Positions 1 to 12,404 of a DNA stretch of 64,000 nucleotides are shown piece by piece; the first letter of the stretch is position 1; each line of letters opens with the position of its first letter. The stretch is from Octopus vulgaris (taxonomy: Eukaryota): positions 59,148,001 through 59,212,000 of the forward strand of contig OX597825.1 of assembly GCA_951406725.2 (NCBI GenBank). Reading direction: 5' to 3'. The position numbers were made by a program, and so were the translations under genes. Below the pieces are notes generated by a model. It did no database searches. It had not been told where the DNA came from and saw nothing but the letters and a program-made list of their open reading frames with translations.

Positions 1-251
1 AGGGGAGAAAGAGAGAGGGAAAGAGAGACAGTCAGTCTAGCCGATCCTGAGAGATTCCAGCCACCCTTGATTAGACTCATTAACATTGTCATTTTAATCA
101 AGAATGAAATACAATCATTACTGTTGAATAATTTATCTGTTGCATATAATTAACTTGATAACGAGGTCAGAGGAATGGCTTCATTAATAAGTTAGGGACT
201 GAATAGAACAAAAAAACAAATAAAAAACTACATCAAAGACAGGCTTAACTT

Positions 252-265
252 GAGAGAGAGAGAGG

Positions 266-359
<94 letters not shown>
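252..359. repeat. (GA)n microsatellite
   Basis: Nearly uninterrupted GA dinucleotide run. Confidence 0.97.
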
Positions 360-361
<2 letters not shown>

Positions 362-792
362 ATTCATGAATATGAATATGGTATTACAATCATATATATT
401 AATGTTCACTTTCCTATGCTTGTATGGATGAGATGAAATTTGTGGAGGCAGACATTCAACAGCTGGATGCTCTTCCTGTTACCAACACTCACCTGTCTCC
501 TGGCAAGGTAATATTTCGTTAAGGTCAGGCGTGTTTTCATGGAAGACAGGAAATTAAGGAGACAACTAGTATGACATGGACATTAACAACTATCAGGATG
601 TCCAAATAAGGAAACAGAAACACATGCTCACTCACACATATATATACATACACATATGTACACATATATACATGTATTTGTATATACATACACATATGCA
701 TATATACACAAACACATACATACACATATGTATACATGCACATATACATACATGTATACATACACAAATATATACACATACATCCACATACA

Positions 793-1146
793 TGTGGAGG
801 TGCAGTGGCCCAGTGGTTAGGGCAGCGGACTTGCGGTTGTAGGATCATGGTTTTGATTCCCAGGCTGGGCATTGTGAGTGTTTATTGCGCGAAAAGACCT
901 AAAGCTCCCCGAGGCTCCGGCAGGGGGTGGTGGCGATTCCTGCTGTACTCTTTCGTCACAATTTTCACTCTTTCTTCCTGTTTCTTGGGTAACGCTGCAA
1001 CAGACTGGCGTCCCGTCCAGCTGTTGGCCTGCTTGCTTAGCCAGTGGGGTGGTGTCATTTGAAGGCTAAAACAATGCGAAGTGCATTGTGACCAGCGATG
1101 TGTAACAACATCCGATAGCCTAGTTGGTTACGGTGATCACAGTGAT
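793..1146 (+). mobile_element. tRNA-derived SINE, head type A with tail type 1
   Basis: Head TGTGGAGGTGCAGTGGCCCAGTGGTTAGGGCAGCGGAC with A-box and degraded B-box (GGTTTTGATTCC). First ~190 nt align by eye to 11856-12050 and 31875-32070. Confidence 0.85.
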
Positions 1147-1699
1147 ATCCAAATACATATACATACATGTATATAAAAACATATACATATTTATGTATAA
1201 ACATGCATAAATATATACAAACATACATACACACACAATAATCTTCTTTCTGTTCCTGTCTGTCAAATGAACTGAACAGGTTTTGGTCGATCTGTGACAA
1301 TGGAAAACATCTGCCTTCCTCATAGATAAACTGAAACTATATCATACATGATTTTCTCACAAATATATCTACATGTTTATCAACACACACAAACATGTGT
1401 AGACAAATATAAGTATATTAATCACCGTACAATATTCTTGATTTATTAAAACTATCTTTGCCCCTACAGAATGTGCCACAACTACCAAATGGTAATTGAG
1501 AATAGCTCCAAAAGAGAGAGGGAGATGATCCTAAAATATCAAGAATTTCTCCAAAATTTACATATGATATTAAGGAATGGGACAAGCTTATTGCCTGGAG
1601 ATAAGACAATACACACACAGACACACACACATACGCACAGACATACACACATACGCACAGACACACACACATACGCACAGAGGGCAAGTACCCACTTCA

Positions 1700-1988
1700 G
1701 TCACGACTGACGATAGAATTGCACCTATAAAGTTCCCCTCCAAGGCACAAGTCTGGGCAAGGTTGTTTATGGAAGACCAGTAGTCACCTATGCATATCAG
1801 CCTCCCCTCTCCACACCACCGATTTTGTCCAAGGGAAAGGCAAAGGCCGATACAGCTTAGCACCAGTGATATTGCATCTCATTTCTACAGCTGAGTGAAT
1901 TAAAGCAATGTGAAATAAAAGGTCTTGCTCAAGAAGACAGCATACTGTCTGGTCCAGGAATCCAATGCTCTAACTGCTGAGTCATGCA
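1700..1988 (-). mobile_element. Degraded tRNA-derived SINE, head type B (CORE-like middle) with tail type 4
   Basis: Reverse complement contains CTTGAGCAAGACC-TTTTATTTCACATTGCT...CACTCAGCTGTAGAAATGAG, as in 10140-10200 and 28490-28550. Tail GGCCTTTGCCTTTCCCTTGGA is shared with 28562-28582. Confidence 0.7.
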
Positions 1989-2305
1989 CATCATCATCGT
2001 CTAACGTCCGTTTTCCATGCTAGGATGGGTTGGACAGTTTGACTGGGGTCTGGGAAGCCAGGAGGCTGCACCAGTCTCCAGTCTGATCTGGCAGTTTTTC
2101 TACAGCTCGATGCTCTTCCTAATGCCAACCACACCGTGAGTGTAGCGGGTGCTTTTTACGTGCCAATGGCACAGGTGCCGGGGAGGATGGCAACAGCCAC
2201 GATCGGTTGGTGCTTTTTAGATGCAACCGGCACGGAAGCCAGTCAAGGTGGCGCTGGCATCGGCCACGTTTGGATGGTGCTTTTTACATGCCACTGGCAC
2301 AGGCA
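1989..2305 (-). mobile_element. SINE or LINE-tail family E, (GAT)n-tailed
   Basis: CATCATCATCGTCTAACGTCCGTTTTCCATGCTAGGATGGGTTGGAC...GATGCTCTTCCTAATGCCAACC plus three GTGCTTTTT..ATGC/GTGCC..GGCAC subrepeats. Homologous to 14420-14733, 15069-15222 and 54501-54648. Confidence 0.85.
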
Positions 2306-3129
2306 CCTTATATATATACATACATATATATATATACACAAATACACACATACATATATATAAACAGGTACTGTGAAAATTATTGTTAATTTTCAAGAGA
2401 CAGGGGAAAAAGAAAATTTAGAACACATAAGTGTTCGGCCAAGAAACAACTAAGTATTGACAGGGATTTGAACTTCTGACCAACAGAGTAGCATCCTTTA
2501 ACCGTTGTGTTATCCACAGAGCACCGAACCTGCTTTCTTAGTCTAATAAATGGAGGTGGCAACCCCGCTCCCCCAGAGATATTTGCTGTTCATGCAAGCC
2601 AAATTACTAAATAAACAGCACATCAGAAATATTTTTGTATTGAATCAATCTAAATATATTAAGTGAGAAACTGATTTTAAAAGCCATAAGTTGTCTTGGA
2701 GATGTAATGCCACGGTGACATATTGGTCACGATAAACTGCATTAATTCAATATTTTCTAACATACACACACATACATACATATATGTATGTATGTATGTG
2801 TCTGTGTAGTCTGCTTCGTTGTGAGTCTGAAATACGTGTGACATATGTCTCAGTGCTAAATGCTGCCAACATTATGCAATGCCAATGAGATAATATCAAA
2901 GTGTTGAATTTAATTGATTTCTTTTTCAAGTGTATTAAATGTAGAAGACTTATCTTTCGTCTGAAATAGTTTTTAAGTACCATTACATTATTTATAATTC
3001 TGTGGAATGTTCTCATGAGAAGAAGAACCTAGTGAACGAAATAAAAAGCTAAGACAAATACATACATGGAAATAGAAAGACAAGAAGGAAATTATTACAA
3101 ATTAGTATTACTATTATTATTATCATTAT

Positions 3130-3880
3130 TATTAGCAGCATTTTGTCCATCTTTATGTTCTGTGTTCAAATTCATTGTTTTGGGGGTCCTTAAAATAAGT
3201 ACCAGCTGAGTACTGGGTCGATGAAATCAACTTCCCCACTTCCCCTGAACTTGTTGGCCTCATGCCAAAATTTCAAACCGTTATTATTATTATTATTACT
3301 ATTGTTAAGGCAGCGAGCTGGCAGAAACGTTAGCACACTGGGCAAAATGCTTAGCAGTATTTCGTCTGCCGTTAAGTTCTGTGTTCAAATTCCGCCTAGG
3401 TCGACTTTGCCTTTCATCCTTTCAGGGTCGATAAATTAAGTACCAGTTACGCACTGGGGTCAATGTAATCAACTTAATCCATTTGTCTGTCCTTGTTTGT
3501 CCCTTCTGTGTTTAGCCCCTTGTGGGTAGTAAAGAAATAGGCATTTTGTTCATCTTGACATTCTGAGCTCAAATTCTTCTGAGGATGACTTTGCTGTTCA
3601 TCCTTTCAGGGTCAATAAAATAAGTACCATTTCAGCAGTGGGGGGTCAATGCAATAAACTAGCTCCTTCTCCTGTAATTGTTGGCCTTGTGCCAAAATTT
3701 GAAACCCTTATCATCATATTATTAAGGCAGCACGCTAGCACATTGGGCAAAATGTTTAGTGGTATTTCTTCCAGCATTTTGTGTTTAAATCTTCCTGAGA
3801 TCAACTTTGACTCATCATTTCATGGTTGATGAAATGGAGTAACAGTCAAGTACTGGGGTTGATTTAATTGACTTACTGCC
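3130..3880 (+). mobile_element. Head-to-tail cluster of about 4 family D SINE copies (best copy 3307-3540)
   Basis: AAGGCAGCGAGCTGGCAGAAACGTTAGCAC...GACTTTGCCTTTCATCCTTTCAGGGTCGATAAATTAAGTACCAG...AAAGAAATAG, near-identical to 27826-28060. The central motif resembles the Nin/Inv-type SINE domain as I recall it. Confidence 0.85.
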
Positions 3881-4328
3881 CCACCAACCCCCATCCTTGC
3901 TAACTATCTATCTTTGGATGTTAAAAAAGGGCTTGCACCACTTTCTCCCCCACTCATCATCATCAGGGTGATGAGGCAAAAATAATAAAATGCTGAAGTA
4001 TTGTATTTCATTCCCTATCCCATCAGATTCCAGGTTTAATTTCTACTGGGGTCGAATTCCCCTTTCGTTCTCTGACTCATCATGCTGCATTCTGAGCTGA
4101 TGATATCAGTAAATACCAGTAAAAAACTTGGGTTTGATGCAATCAATTACACTTTTCTTCTACAATATTTGACATCATGCTTAATGAAGAAAATGAATGT
4201 GAGCCCTGTGAGTCAGAGTGTGTGTTTCAGAACATCTCCCTTGCCATCCTCCAGTTTACCGCCTTTTCCATTTTGTCTGCTGGGGCCTTGAGGCAGTATG
4301 ACTTACAGGAAATTGTACGTTCCACTCC

Positions 4329-4542
4329 CTAACCATCTAGCATATAAACTGGCCAAATCTAGCCAAAATATTCTACCTGCTTTATGCTCAAACTGGTCAG
4401 ATCTGGTCTCTCACACTTACCCTACAATACTATTCTGAAAATAAACACTCATATCATTGAAATTTCACAGCTAAAAAATAATGCATGATCGATGCAAACA
4501 AATAAGCATTACACTTGAGAAATCTGAATGCTAAAGAATTAA
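4329..4542 (-). mobile_element. piggyBac-type MITE, family M1
   Basis: Reverse complement of the ~225 bp family with termini TTAACCCTTTAGCATT...AATGCTAAAGGGTTAA (compare 53501-53729 and 57183-57415). Confidence 0.75.
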
Positions 4543-4714
4543 ATACTTAGAACCATAAAATAATTTATTAATTTAATTCCACTCATCTACAAGGAAACTG
4601 ATAAAATTTACAGAATGAGCTCTTTCCAATCTAGAGATCTAGGTCTTATCATTGTATTCTGTTTATATCTTCGTACAATACTACCAAAATTACTGTTTAT
4701 TATATGCTTAGAAA

Positions 4715-4948
4715 TTAATCCTTTAGTGTTCAGATTTGTCTGTCAAATGTAATGCTTCCTCATTTACATTGATATGAATTAATCAAGCTTTACCTTGTAG
4801 CTTTGAGATTTTCAATGATATAATTGTTTATTTTTAGATATAACTGTTCATTTGTAGGGTAAGTGTGAGAGGCTGCATCTGGCCAGCTTGAAGATAAAAC
4901 AGATAGATTCTTTTGGCTGGATATGGTCGGTTTAAATGCTAGTGTTAA
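4715..4948 (+). mobile_element. piggyBac-type MITE, family M1
   Basis: Begins TTAATCCTTTAGTGTTCAGATT and ends AAATGCTAGTGTTAA. The body aligns with other M1 copies. Confidence 0.8.
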
Positions 4949-5540
4949 ACAACAACACCATGCTAAGTATCTGATACTTTAATAATTTAAGTTACCATTT
5001 CCAATATTTATAACCAAAAAAGAACCCTCTCCCAACCGAAAATAATCAAATAAAAAATTTTTTAAATCAATTTTCCAAAGGAAATTATGCTAATGGAAAT
5101 GAGATAGTTTCCAAATTTTATTTATTGCATACCAAAGGGCAAGCTATGGTAAAATAACACATAGAAAGAAGTAGTTAAAGAATGTGATCATAGCTTTCCA
5201 ACAAATTATTACGGTTATTAAATTATGTTCTACATCATTTAGAAAACTGCTTGCATGTAATTAACATTCTTAGTGTTGCCGGAATTTTTTTTTAATGTTA
5301 TTAACGATGCTATTAGCTAACCTATTAATTACTGTAGCTAACGGACCATAGTCAAACTATATTGCAATCTATGTAGTTACATACTGCTAGCAAATTATAA
5401 GAATCTTACGTTAGAAATAGTAACTTTGCAATTGTACCAGAGGCCCTATGAAGATGGTGTAAATAGGGATATGAGCAGATGAAAATAGGGATCACTACAA
5501 TCAAACTGATCCCTATATATGTATGTATATGTCATCATTT

Positions 5541-5955
5541 AGGCATAGGAGTGGTCGTGTGGTAAGTAGCTTGCATACGAACCACATCCATCTGGATTCA
5601 GTCCCACTGTGTTGCACCTTGGGCAAGTGTTTTCTTCTATAGCCTCGGGCAAACCAAAGCCTCATGAGTGGATTTGGTAGACGGAAATTGAAAGAAACCC
5701 ATCGTATATATGTAGATATATATATATGTATGTATATGTGTGTGTATGTGTTTGTCCCCCCAGCATCGCTTGACAACCGATGCTGGTGTGTTTACGTCCC
5801 CATAACTTAGCGGTTCGGCAAAAGAGACTGATAGAATAAGTACTAGGTTTACAAACAATAAGTCCTGGAGTCGATTTGCTCAACTAAAGGCGGTGCTCCA
5901 GCATGGCCACAGTCAAATGACTGAAACAAGTAAAAGAGTAAAGGAGTAAAGAGTA
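5541..5955 (+). mobile_element. Full-length tRNA-derived SINE family C (~410 bp, internal TA/TG microsatellite)
   Basis: GGCATAGGAGTGGTCGTGTGGTAAGTAGCTTG...GATTCAGTCCCACTG...CCTTGGGCAAGTG...GGCGGTGCTCCAGCATGGCC...(GAGTAAAA)n tail. More than 10 homologues in the window. Confidence 0.92.
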
Positions 5956-6239
5956 TTTAATGTATGCTTTCCATGCTGGCATGGATCAAATGGTTGAACT
6001 GGGACTGGTAAACCAGAGAGCTGCACCAGGCTCCTGTCATCTATTTATGTGTGTATCTTACAATACACATTTTGATGCTTATAAAGCACACAAATGTTTG
6101 TTTATATTTGTATACATGTAGGTATACAGTTTGCTTTATAGTGTCTAAAAAAGCAGATTAATTAGTCAGCAGGCAGTTTAGCTCGTTGGTAAAGCACCTA
6201 TCTGGGGTCTTCAAGGGATGTGGGTTCGAGTCCCATGAC

Positions 6240-6469
6240 TATTTACTCATTTACTTGTTTCAATCATTTGACTGTGGCCATGCAGGAGCACCGCCTTTAG
6301 TCGAGCAAATCAACCCTACGACTTATTCTTTGTAATCTTAGTACTTATTCTATTGGGATCTTTTGCCGAACTGCTAAGTTACAGGGACATATACATACCA
6401 GCATTGGTTGTCAAGCGATGTTGGGGGACAAACACCAACACACAAACATATACACACACACATACACTC

Positions 6470-6500
<31 letters not shown>

Positions 6501-6662
6501 TATGACGGGGTTCTTTCAGTTTCCATCTACCAAATCCACTCACAAGACTTTGGTTGGTCCGAGGCCATAGTAGAAGACCCTTGCCCAAGGTGCCATGCAG
6601 TGGGACTGAACCCGGAACCATGTGGTTTGTAGGCAAGCTACTTACCACACAGCCACTCCTAC
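6240..6662 (-). mobile_element. Full-length SINE family C
   Basis: Reverse complement of 5541-5955 along its whole length. Confidence 0.92.
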
Positions 6663-7341
6663 GTTTGTTGAAAATTTTTTCTGTTCTGAAAGGGCTATTT
6701 ACCCAATATTTCTGCTGTTCTGACAGCGTCTCTGCATTCAAAAATAATCATGTTATTGTTAATATTGTTGTTGCTGCTGTTTTAATTCAATTAACCGCAA
6801 GCTCATCAAAAAGGTCTCCATTGCTGTTAGCAATGGTAATGGTGTATTTCTTATTGATGTTTTTCACAGATGCAAATAGAATTAGAAATGGAACTATTCG
6901 TTTCACCCAATACTTCACTACAAACTTACATGCAAGACACTATTTTCATGGCTTAGTCACCAATACTTACTTACAATATATATCTATATATATCCTTTCT
7001 CCCTCTGAGAAGGGTGTAAGTGAATTGTCTTCATGGAACCATAAAAATTGTGCATGCTGTTCATAATAAGAGTTAATAATATTCTTGTAACCGGCAGAAT
7101 GCCAACTATGGTAGGAGAGTGGATATAGCAGGCTAAATTGACTTCCAACTCCAGTATATTACTGGTACTTATTTTATCAGTTCTATTGAAAAGAAAGATA
7201 GAAACCAACAACCCAATGAAGAAACTTCTGTCTAAAAAGTCACTGAGTTTGCCAGAGATAGCAGTCAAATCTCTTTCAAACTACATCCTACAGTCTTGAC
7301 AAAAAAAGGATACTATTTACTGTAGTCCAAGATAGACTACT

Positions 7342-7602
7342 GTGGAGGCGCGTGGCTTAGTGGTTAGGGTGTCAGCATCATGATTGTAAGATTGTGGTTT
7401 CAATTCCTGAACCGGGTGATGCATTGTGTTCTTGAGTAAAACACTTCATTTCACGTTGCTCCAGTCCACTCAGCTGGCAAAAATGAGTAACGCGGTGATG
7501 GACTGGTGTGCCGTCCAGTTGGGGAACACATACGCCATAGAAATCGGGAAACTGGGCCCATGAGCCTGGCTAGGCTTTAAAAGGGTGCATTTATTTTATT
7601 TT
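7342..7602 (+). mobile_element. tRNA-derived SINE, head B with tail 3, 14-bp TSD
   Basis: GTGGAGGCGCGTGGCTTAGTGGTTAGGG...GGTTTCAATTCC. Flanked by CAAGATAGACTACT at 7328-7341 and 7603-7616, and inserted in an older repeat. Confidence 0.9.
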
Positions 7603-8268
7603 CAAGATAGACTACTACTGAAAAAAATCAAATGGAAGGATTTTCATGGTGTGAATGCTTTTGAACATGAGTGACTGATCAAGGCTGACTTGGGGCCTAC
7701 CACTGCCAACAAAAACAAAAATGGTAGCAAAACCGACTCCAGCTGAATTGAAGAGGAAATTTAAACATAGTTGAGTATTGGATTTGACATTTAACTATTT
7801 CTGCTTTTGTAATAATAGTTTCTGATTGATGCACAAAGCCAGCAATTTTGAAAAGATGTGTTCAAACGATAACATGAACTCCAGTACTTGACTGGTACTT
7901 TATGTGATTGACCCTAAAATGATGGAAGGGAAGGTTGTCCTCACTGGGATTTGAACTCAGAATGTAAAGAGACTGAACAAATATTGCAAAACATTTTTTT
8001 CAGTATTCCAACAATTCTACTGGTTCATCACCTTTGCTCCCATAAAAAATCTTTTCTACCATATACACAAGGCCTTCAATTTGTGGGGAGAGGGCCAGTT
8101 GATAAATCAACCCCAGTGCTCAAGCGTTACTTATATTAAAGGTGAAAAGCATAGTCCATCTCAGTAGAATATTTGCGCCAACAATAATGATTATAGCAAT
8201 AAGGATTTCTTATATGAAGTCAGCATGGAAAGTAGACATTTAATGATGATATGTATATATTTATATGG

Positions 8269-8304
<36 letters not shown>

Positions 8305-8322
<18 letters not shown>

Positions 8323-8690
8323 AGGAGGCAAGGTAGCTGAATTCCTTTTGCGTGTTGGGCCTCATGGAGGCAATGACCAATACCTTTGGCATTATGTTGT
8401 GCTTGAGAAGCAGACCCATCAAGCTGAGCCAAATCGCAGTTGTGACAGATACAGGTGTCACGCAAATTGGCATGTAAATGCACCTCAGTGTCATGCAAAT
8501 GGTACCCGTATCGGTGGCATATAAAAGCACCTGTTACACTCTCAGAGCGGTTGGTGTTAGGAAGGGCATCCAGCAGTAGCTAACCATGCCAAATCAGACT
8601 GGAGTCTGGTGCAGCCTTTCAGTATGCCAGCCCAGTCAAACTGTCCAACCCAACCCAGCATGGACAATGGATGTTAAATGATGATGATAT
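8305..8690 (+). mobile_element. Family E element
   Basis: GGTTGGTGTTAGGAAGGGCATCCAGC...CCCAGCATGGACAATGGATGTTAAATGATGATGAT tail. Confidence 0.8.
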
Positions 8691-8999
8691 ATATAAATAT
8701 ATATATACCAGAGACAATTTGTAAAAATTCAATGTCATAATCATTACATCTGTCAACTGCTCATGATTCATATTCAAAAACAGAAGTATTTATAATGTTT
8801 ATTTATATTATTTCAGAATACATTGAAAACCAGAGAAACTTTGTTTACAGAGCAACGTGGCCTTTACAGATCAACCACAAATAACCTCACTGCAATGAGT
8901 CATTAGTAGAGCAAAGAGCAAGACCACACAGAAAATCTGTCACATATTTTGAAGAATGTAATGATTGCTTACATCACTATAGAATTAGTAAATATCACC

Positions 9000-9496
9000 T
9001 TAATCCCTTTGGTACAAACTAACCTGAAACCTCTTCTGATTCTATGACACAAACCCTCTGTTTTAAAACCATCTATCAAAATTTTCTGTAGCGTAGTTAA
9101 TAACAAAGTTGTTTTATTAAATTCATTATTTTCTAAATTAATTGAAATAAAGCCAGTGTATTCTGTCTGGGGAGAGTCATTTTCTTTTTATGCCTTATAA
9201 TTTATCACACTTACTGGTAAAATTTTCACTTATTTCTTATTCTTATTTTCCTAAAAAGTCAAGACTGTTGAAAAGGTTGCAAGATGCAATGAAAATTTTG
9301 GGAAAATAAAAATAAGAAATCAGTGGAAATTTTACCAGTGAATGTGTTAAATTATAAGGCACAAAAAAAAGATGACTCTCTCCAGACACAACAGAATATG
9401 CTTCAACACACAAACTCATATAAATAATCTTGCAAACCAATTCCAAAAACGAAAAGGCAGTGTATTCTAACAGAAATATGGTAACAAAAGAGTTAA
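9000..9496 (-). mobile_element. piggyBac-type MITE family M2, interrupted by a hairpin insertion
   Basis: TTAATCCCTTTGGTAC at the left end and GGTAACAAAAGAGTTAA at the right end. Homologous to 23434-23651. Split by 9165-9452. Confidence 0.7.
9165..9452. mobile_element. Palindromic retro-insertion, probable Penelope-like element remnant
   Basis: ~92-bp inverted arms (9164-9256 and 9295-9388). Flanked by the 16-bp direct repeat AAAG(C/G)CAGTGTATTCT at 9149-9164 and 9453-9468. The spacer is HHR-like. Confidence 0.6.
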
Positions 9497-9710
9497 TTCT
9501 TTTGATACTAACTTGCCTGCGGTGACCCCATTGTTTCAATGATGCAAATTTCCTTTTTGAAAGTGATCTAACTTAAAACCTTTCATCAAAATTCCATCTT
9601 AATTCATGTTCCAAACACCAATGCTAGAATTATTCTGCTAAATCCTTTATTACTTTCAAAATTAATTGAAACAGGAAATTTCACAAAAAATAGGATAACA
9701 AAAGGGTTAA
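9493..9710 (-). mobile_element. piggyBac-type MITE family M2, sharing a TTAA with the preceding copy
   Basis: TTAATTCTTTTGATAC...GGATAACAAAAGGGTTAA. Confidence 0.7.
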
Positions 9711-9897
9711 ATAGAAGCTATCAAGAGAGCCTCTACCTCCACAATTACCAAACCTTTCCTTCCAGTAATATCTATTTGCCATGTCTGGTTGTTTTGACAT
9801 TCCCCTTTTAAAGAACATATGGTGAAATGGTAGATGTTCTGTAATCGCCTACCATTTTATAATTTGGAAATCAAGACTCCCAAACATGTTTAACAAA

Positions 9898-10728
9898 ATG
9901 GCAGGTATGACTGTGTGGTTAAGAAGATTGCTTCCCAACCAGGTGGTCTTGGGTTCAGTCCCACAGCATGGCACCATGGGCAAGTGCAAACCTTCTGAGT
10001 GGATTTCATAGATAAAAACTGAAATTAACCCATCAAGTGTGTGTGTGTGTGTGTGTGTATAAGGCATGTGGCTTAGTGATTAGGGTATTCGGTTCAGGAT
10101 CACAAGGTCGTGAGTTCAATTCCTGATGACATGTTGTGTCCTTGAGCAAGACACTTTATTTCACATTGCTCCAGTCCACTCAGCTGACAAAAATGAGTAG
10201 TACCTGTATTTCAGAGGGCCAGCCTTGTCACACTCTGTGTCACATTCAATCTCCCTCAAAACTGCATTAAGGGTACACATATCATGTTAGGGGCACACAT
10301 GTCTATGGAGTACTCAGCCACTTGCACATTAATTTCACAAGCAAGCTGTTCCATTGATCAGATCAACTGGAATCTTTGTCATCATAACTGATGGAGTGCC
10401 ACACACACACACACACACACATGCACACACACACACACGCATGCACACATGCATGCACGCATGCACACACACACGCATGCACACACATACACACACAGTG
10501 TGTGTCTTCATGCTTGTCCCTCACCACTGCTTGACAACCAATGTTGGTTTGTTTACATCCCCCATAGCCTAGCAGTTTGGGAAAAGAGACTAATAGAACA
10601 AGAACCAGATTTACAAAAATAAAATAATAATAATAAAATAGAAGTACTGGGGTTGATCTGATTTGTTTGACTGAACCTTCAATGCAGTGCTCCAGCATGG
10701 CCCAGAGTCTAATGACTGAAACAATGAA
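9898..10728 (+). mobile_element. Family C SINE split by a nested head-B/tail-2 SINE (10062-10400)
   Basis: Family C 5' half ends at (TG)n near 10058 and the 3' half resumes near 10497. The insert tail matches 12052-12235. Confidence 0.8.
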
Positions 10729-11049
10729 ATGGTAAAAATTATTTCTGCTTAAGATAAAAATAATCTGCTGTAATGCTGCTGGCCTTATTAAAGTAACAAT
10801 GTTTTTAAATGCTGGAAGTTTGGGGTTGGAATAAATTAACTGGAGTCTGGTGTTGTGTTTGTTTAAGTTAGAGCCGAAATTAGTAGGAAATAATCACCAC
10901 TGGCTACGGTTACATTAGTATGTGTTTGTACACGTGTGTGTGTATGTGGAAGAGGACAGGAGAAAGGGGAGTAGGAGGGAGGAAATATGGTGCTGGGTGT
11001 GAGGTGCTAATGGTAAGTGATTGTTCATTTCTTTCATTTAGAGATTTAC

Positions 11050-11108
11050 ATATATACATATCTATATATATACACACATTTATATATATCTATGTATTTT
11101 CTTTATTA

Positions 11109-11166
<58 letters not shown>

Positions 11167-11225
11167 CTGCTTTATTTACTTTATATCTTAATATATACAA
11201 ATATTTATTTTTATTCGTTTTTATG

Positions 11226-11264
<39 letters not shown>

Positions 11265-11660
11265 GATTTATATATGTGTGTTTTTATATATTTTTTTTAT
11301 TTGTTTGTTACAGATCTCAGCTTTTGTTTTGACAAACTTTAGAGTTATTTAGTTTCCTACAATGGCTTAAATGTTCACTGTCAGGAATTACATGTGACAT
11401 TATATTGTGCAAGTATGTGCGTATGTATGTGTGCATGTGTGTGCATGTATGCGCATATGTATGTATGTATGTATGCACATGTGTATGTCTGTGTATGTAT
11501 GTGTAGATATGCATGTATATCAGTGTATGTCTATATATGTGTGTGGATGTGTGTATACGCATATGTGAGTATGTATGTGTGTGCATATATATATATATAT
11601 ATAGATATGTGAACATATACATTTGTAAGTATATGTATATAAATCCATGTGTGTGTGTGA
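11050..11660. repeat. Compound (TA)n/(CA)n/(TG)n low-complexity region
   Basis: Direct inspection. Confidence 0.9.
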
Positions 11661-11855
11661 ATAGAGTGTATATGTCTGAACCAGAGACATGCTTTAGTGC
11701 TTGCAACAGAGTGAACTCCACTAAAAGCCCACTAAGAACCAGGTGGTGGCACTAAACCAGTCATTGGTGGTAAGTCTACCCTCAATGATTCTGTCAGTTC
11801 AACACCCTTTATTTTTCCGAATGTATTATTAACCTAGAGGGGATAAAAGGCAAAG

Positions 11856-12239
11856 GGAGGCGCAATGGCCCAGTGGTTAGGGCAGCGGACTCGTGGTCGT
11901 AGGATTGCGGTTTCGATTCCCAGACTGGGTGTTGTGAGTGTTTATTGAGCGAAAACACCTAAAGCTCCACGAGGCTCCGGCAGGGATGGTGGTGATCCCG
12001 GCTGTACTCTTTCACCACAACTTTCTCTCACTCTTACTTCCTGTTTCTGTTGTACCTGTATTTCAAAGGGCCAGCCTTGTCACTCTCTGTGTCACGCTGA
12101 ATATCTCCGAGAACTACGTTAAGGGTACACGTGTCTGTGGAGTGCTCAGTCACTTACACGTTAATTTCACGAGCAGGCTGTTCCGTTGATCGGATCAACC
12201 GGAACCCTCGTCGTCGTAACCAACGGAGTGCTTCCATCC
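11856..12239 (+). mobile_element. Young tRNA-derived SINE, head A with tail 2, 11-bp TSD
   Basis: GGAGGCGCAATGGCCCAGTGGTTAGGGCAGCGGACTCG...GGTTTCGATTCC with many CpGs retained. AAAAGGCAAAG at 11845-11855 and 12240-12250. Inserted in a minus-strand family D relic. Confidence 0.92.
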
Positions 12240-12368
12240 AAAAGGCAAAGATAACCATGGAGGGATTTGAACTCAGAACACACACAGTGAGAATAAATAC
12301 TGCAAAGCAGTCACACAAAGCTCTAGTGACTGTATGTCTCCACCTTAATTATGCATGTGCACAGTTAA

Positions 12369-12404
<36 letters not shown>

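Noticed and set aside
6554-7066. 170-aa ORF with hydrophobic stretches
   Set aside because: The N-terminus is antisense SINE sequence and the remainder has no recognisable motif. A minus-strand micro-exon reading ETLSEQQKYW is too short to support.
11856-11930. tRNA gene calls for SINE heads
   Set aside because: The A/B boxes continue into SINE bodies with TSDs, and there is no complete cloverleaf.
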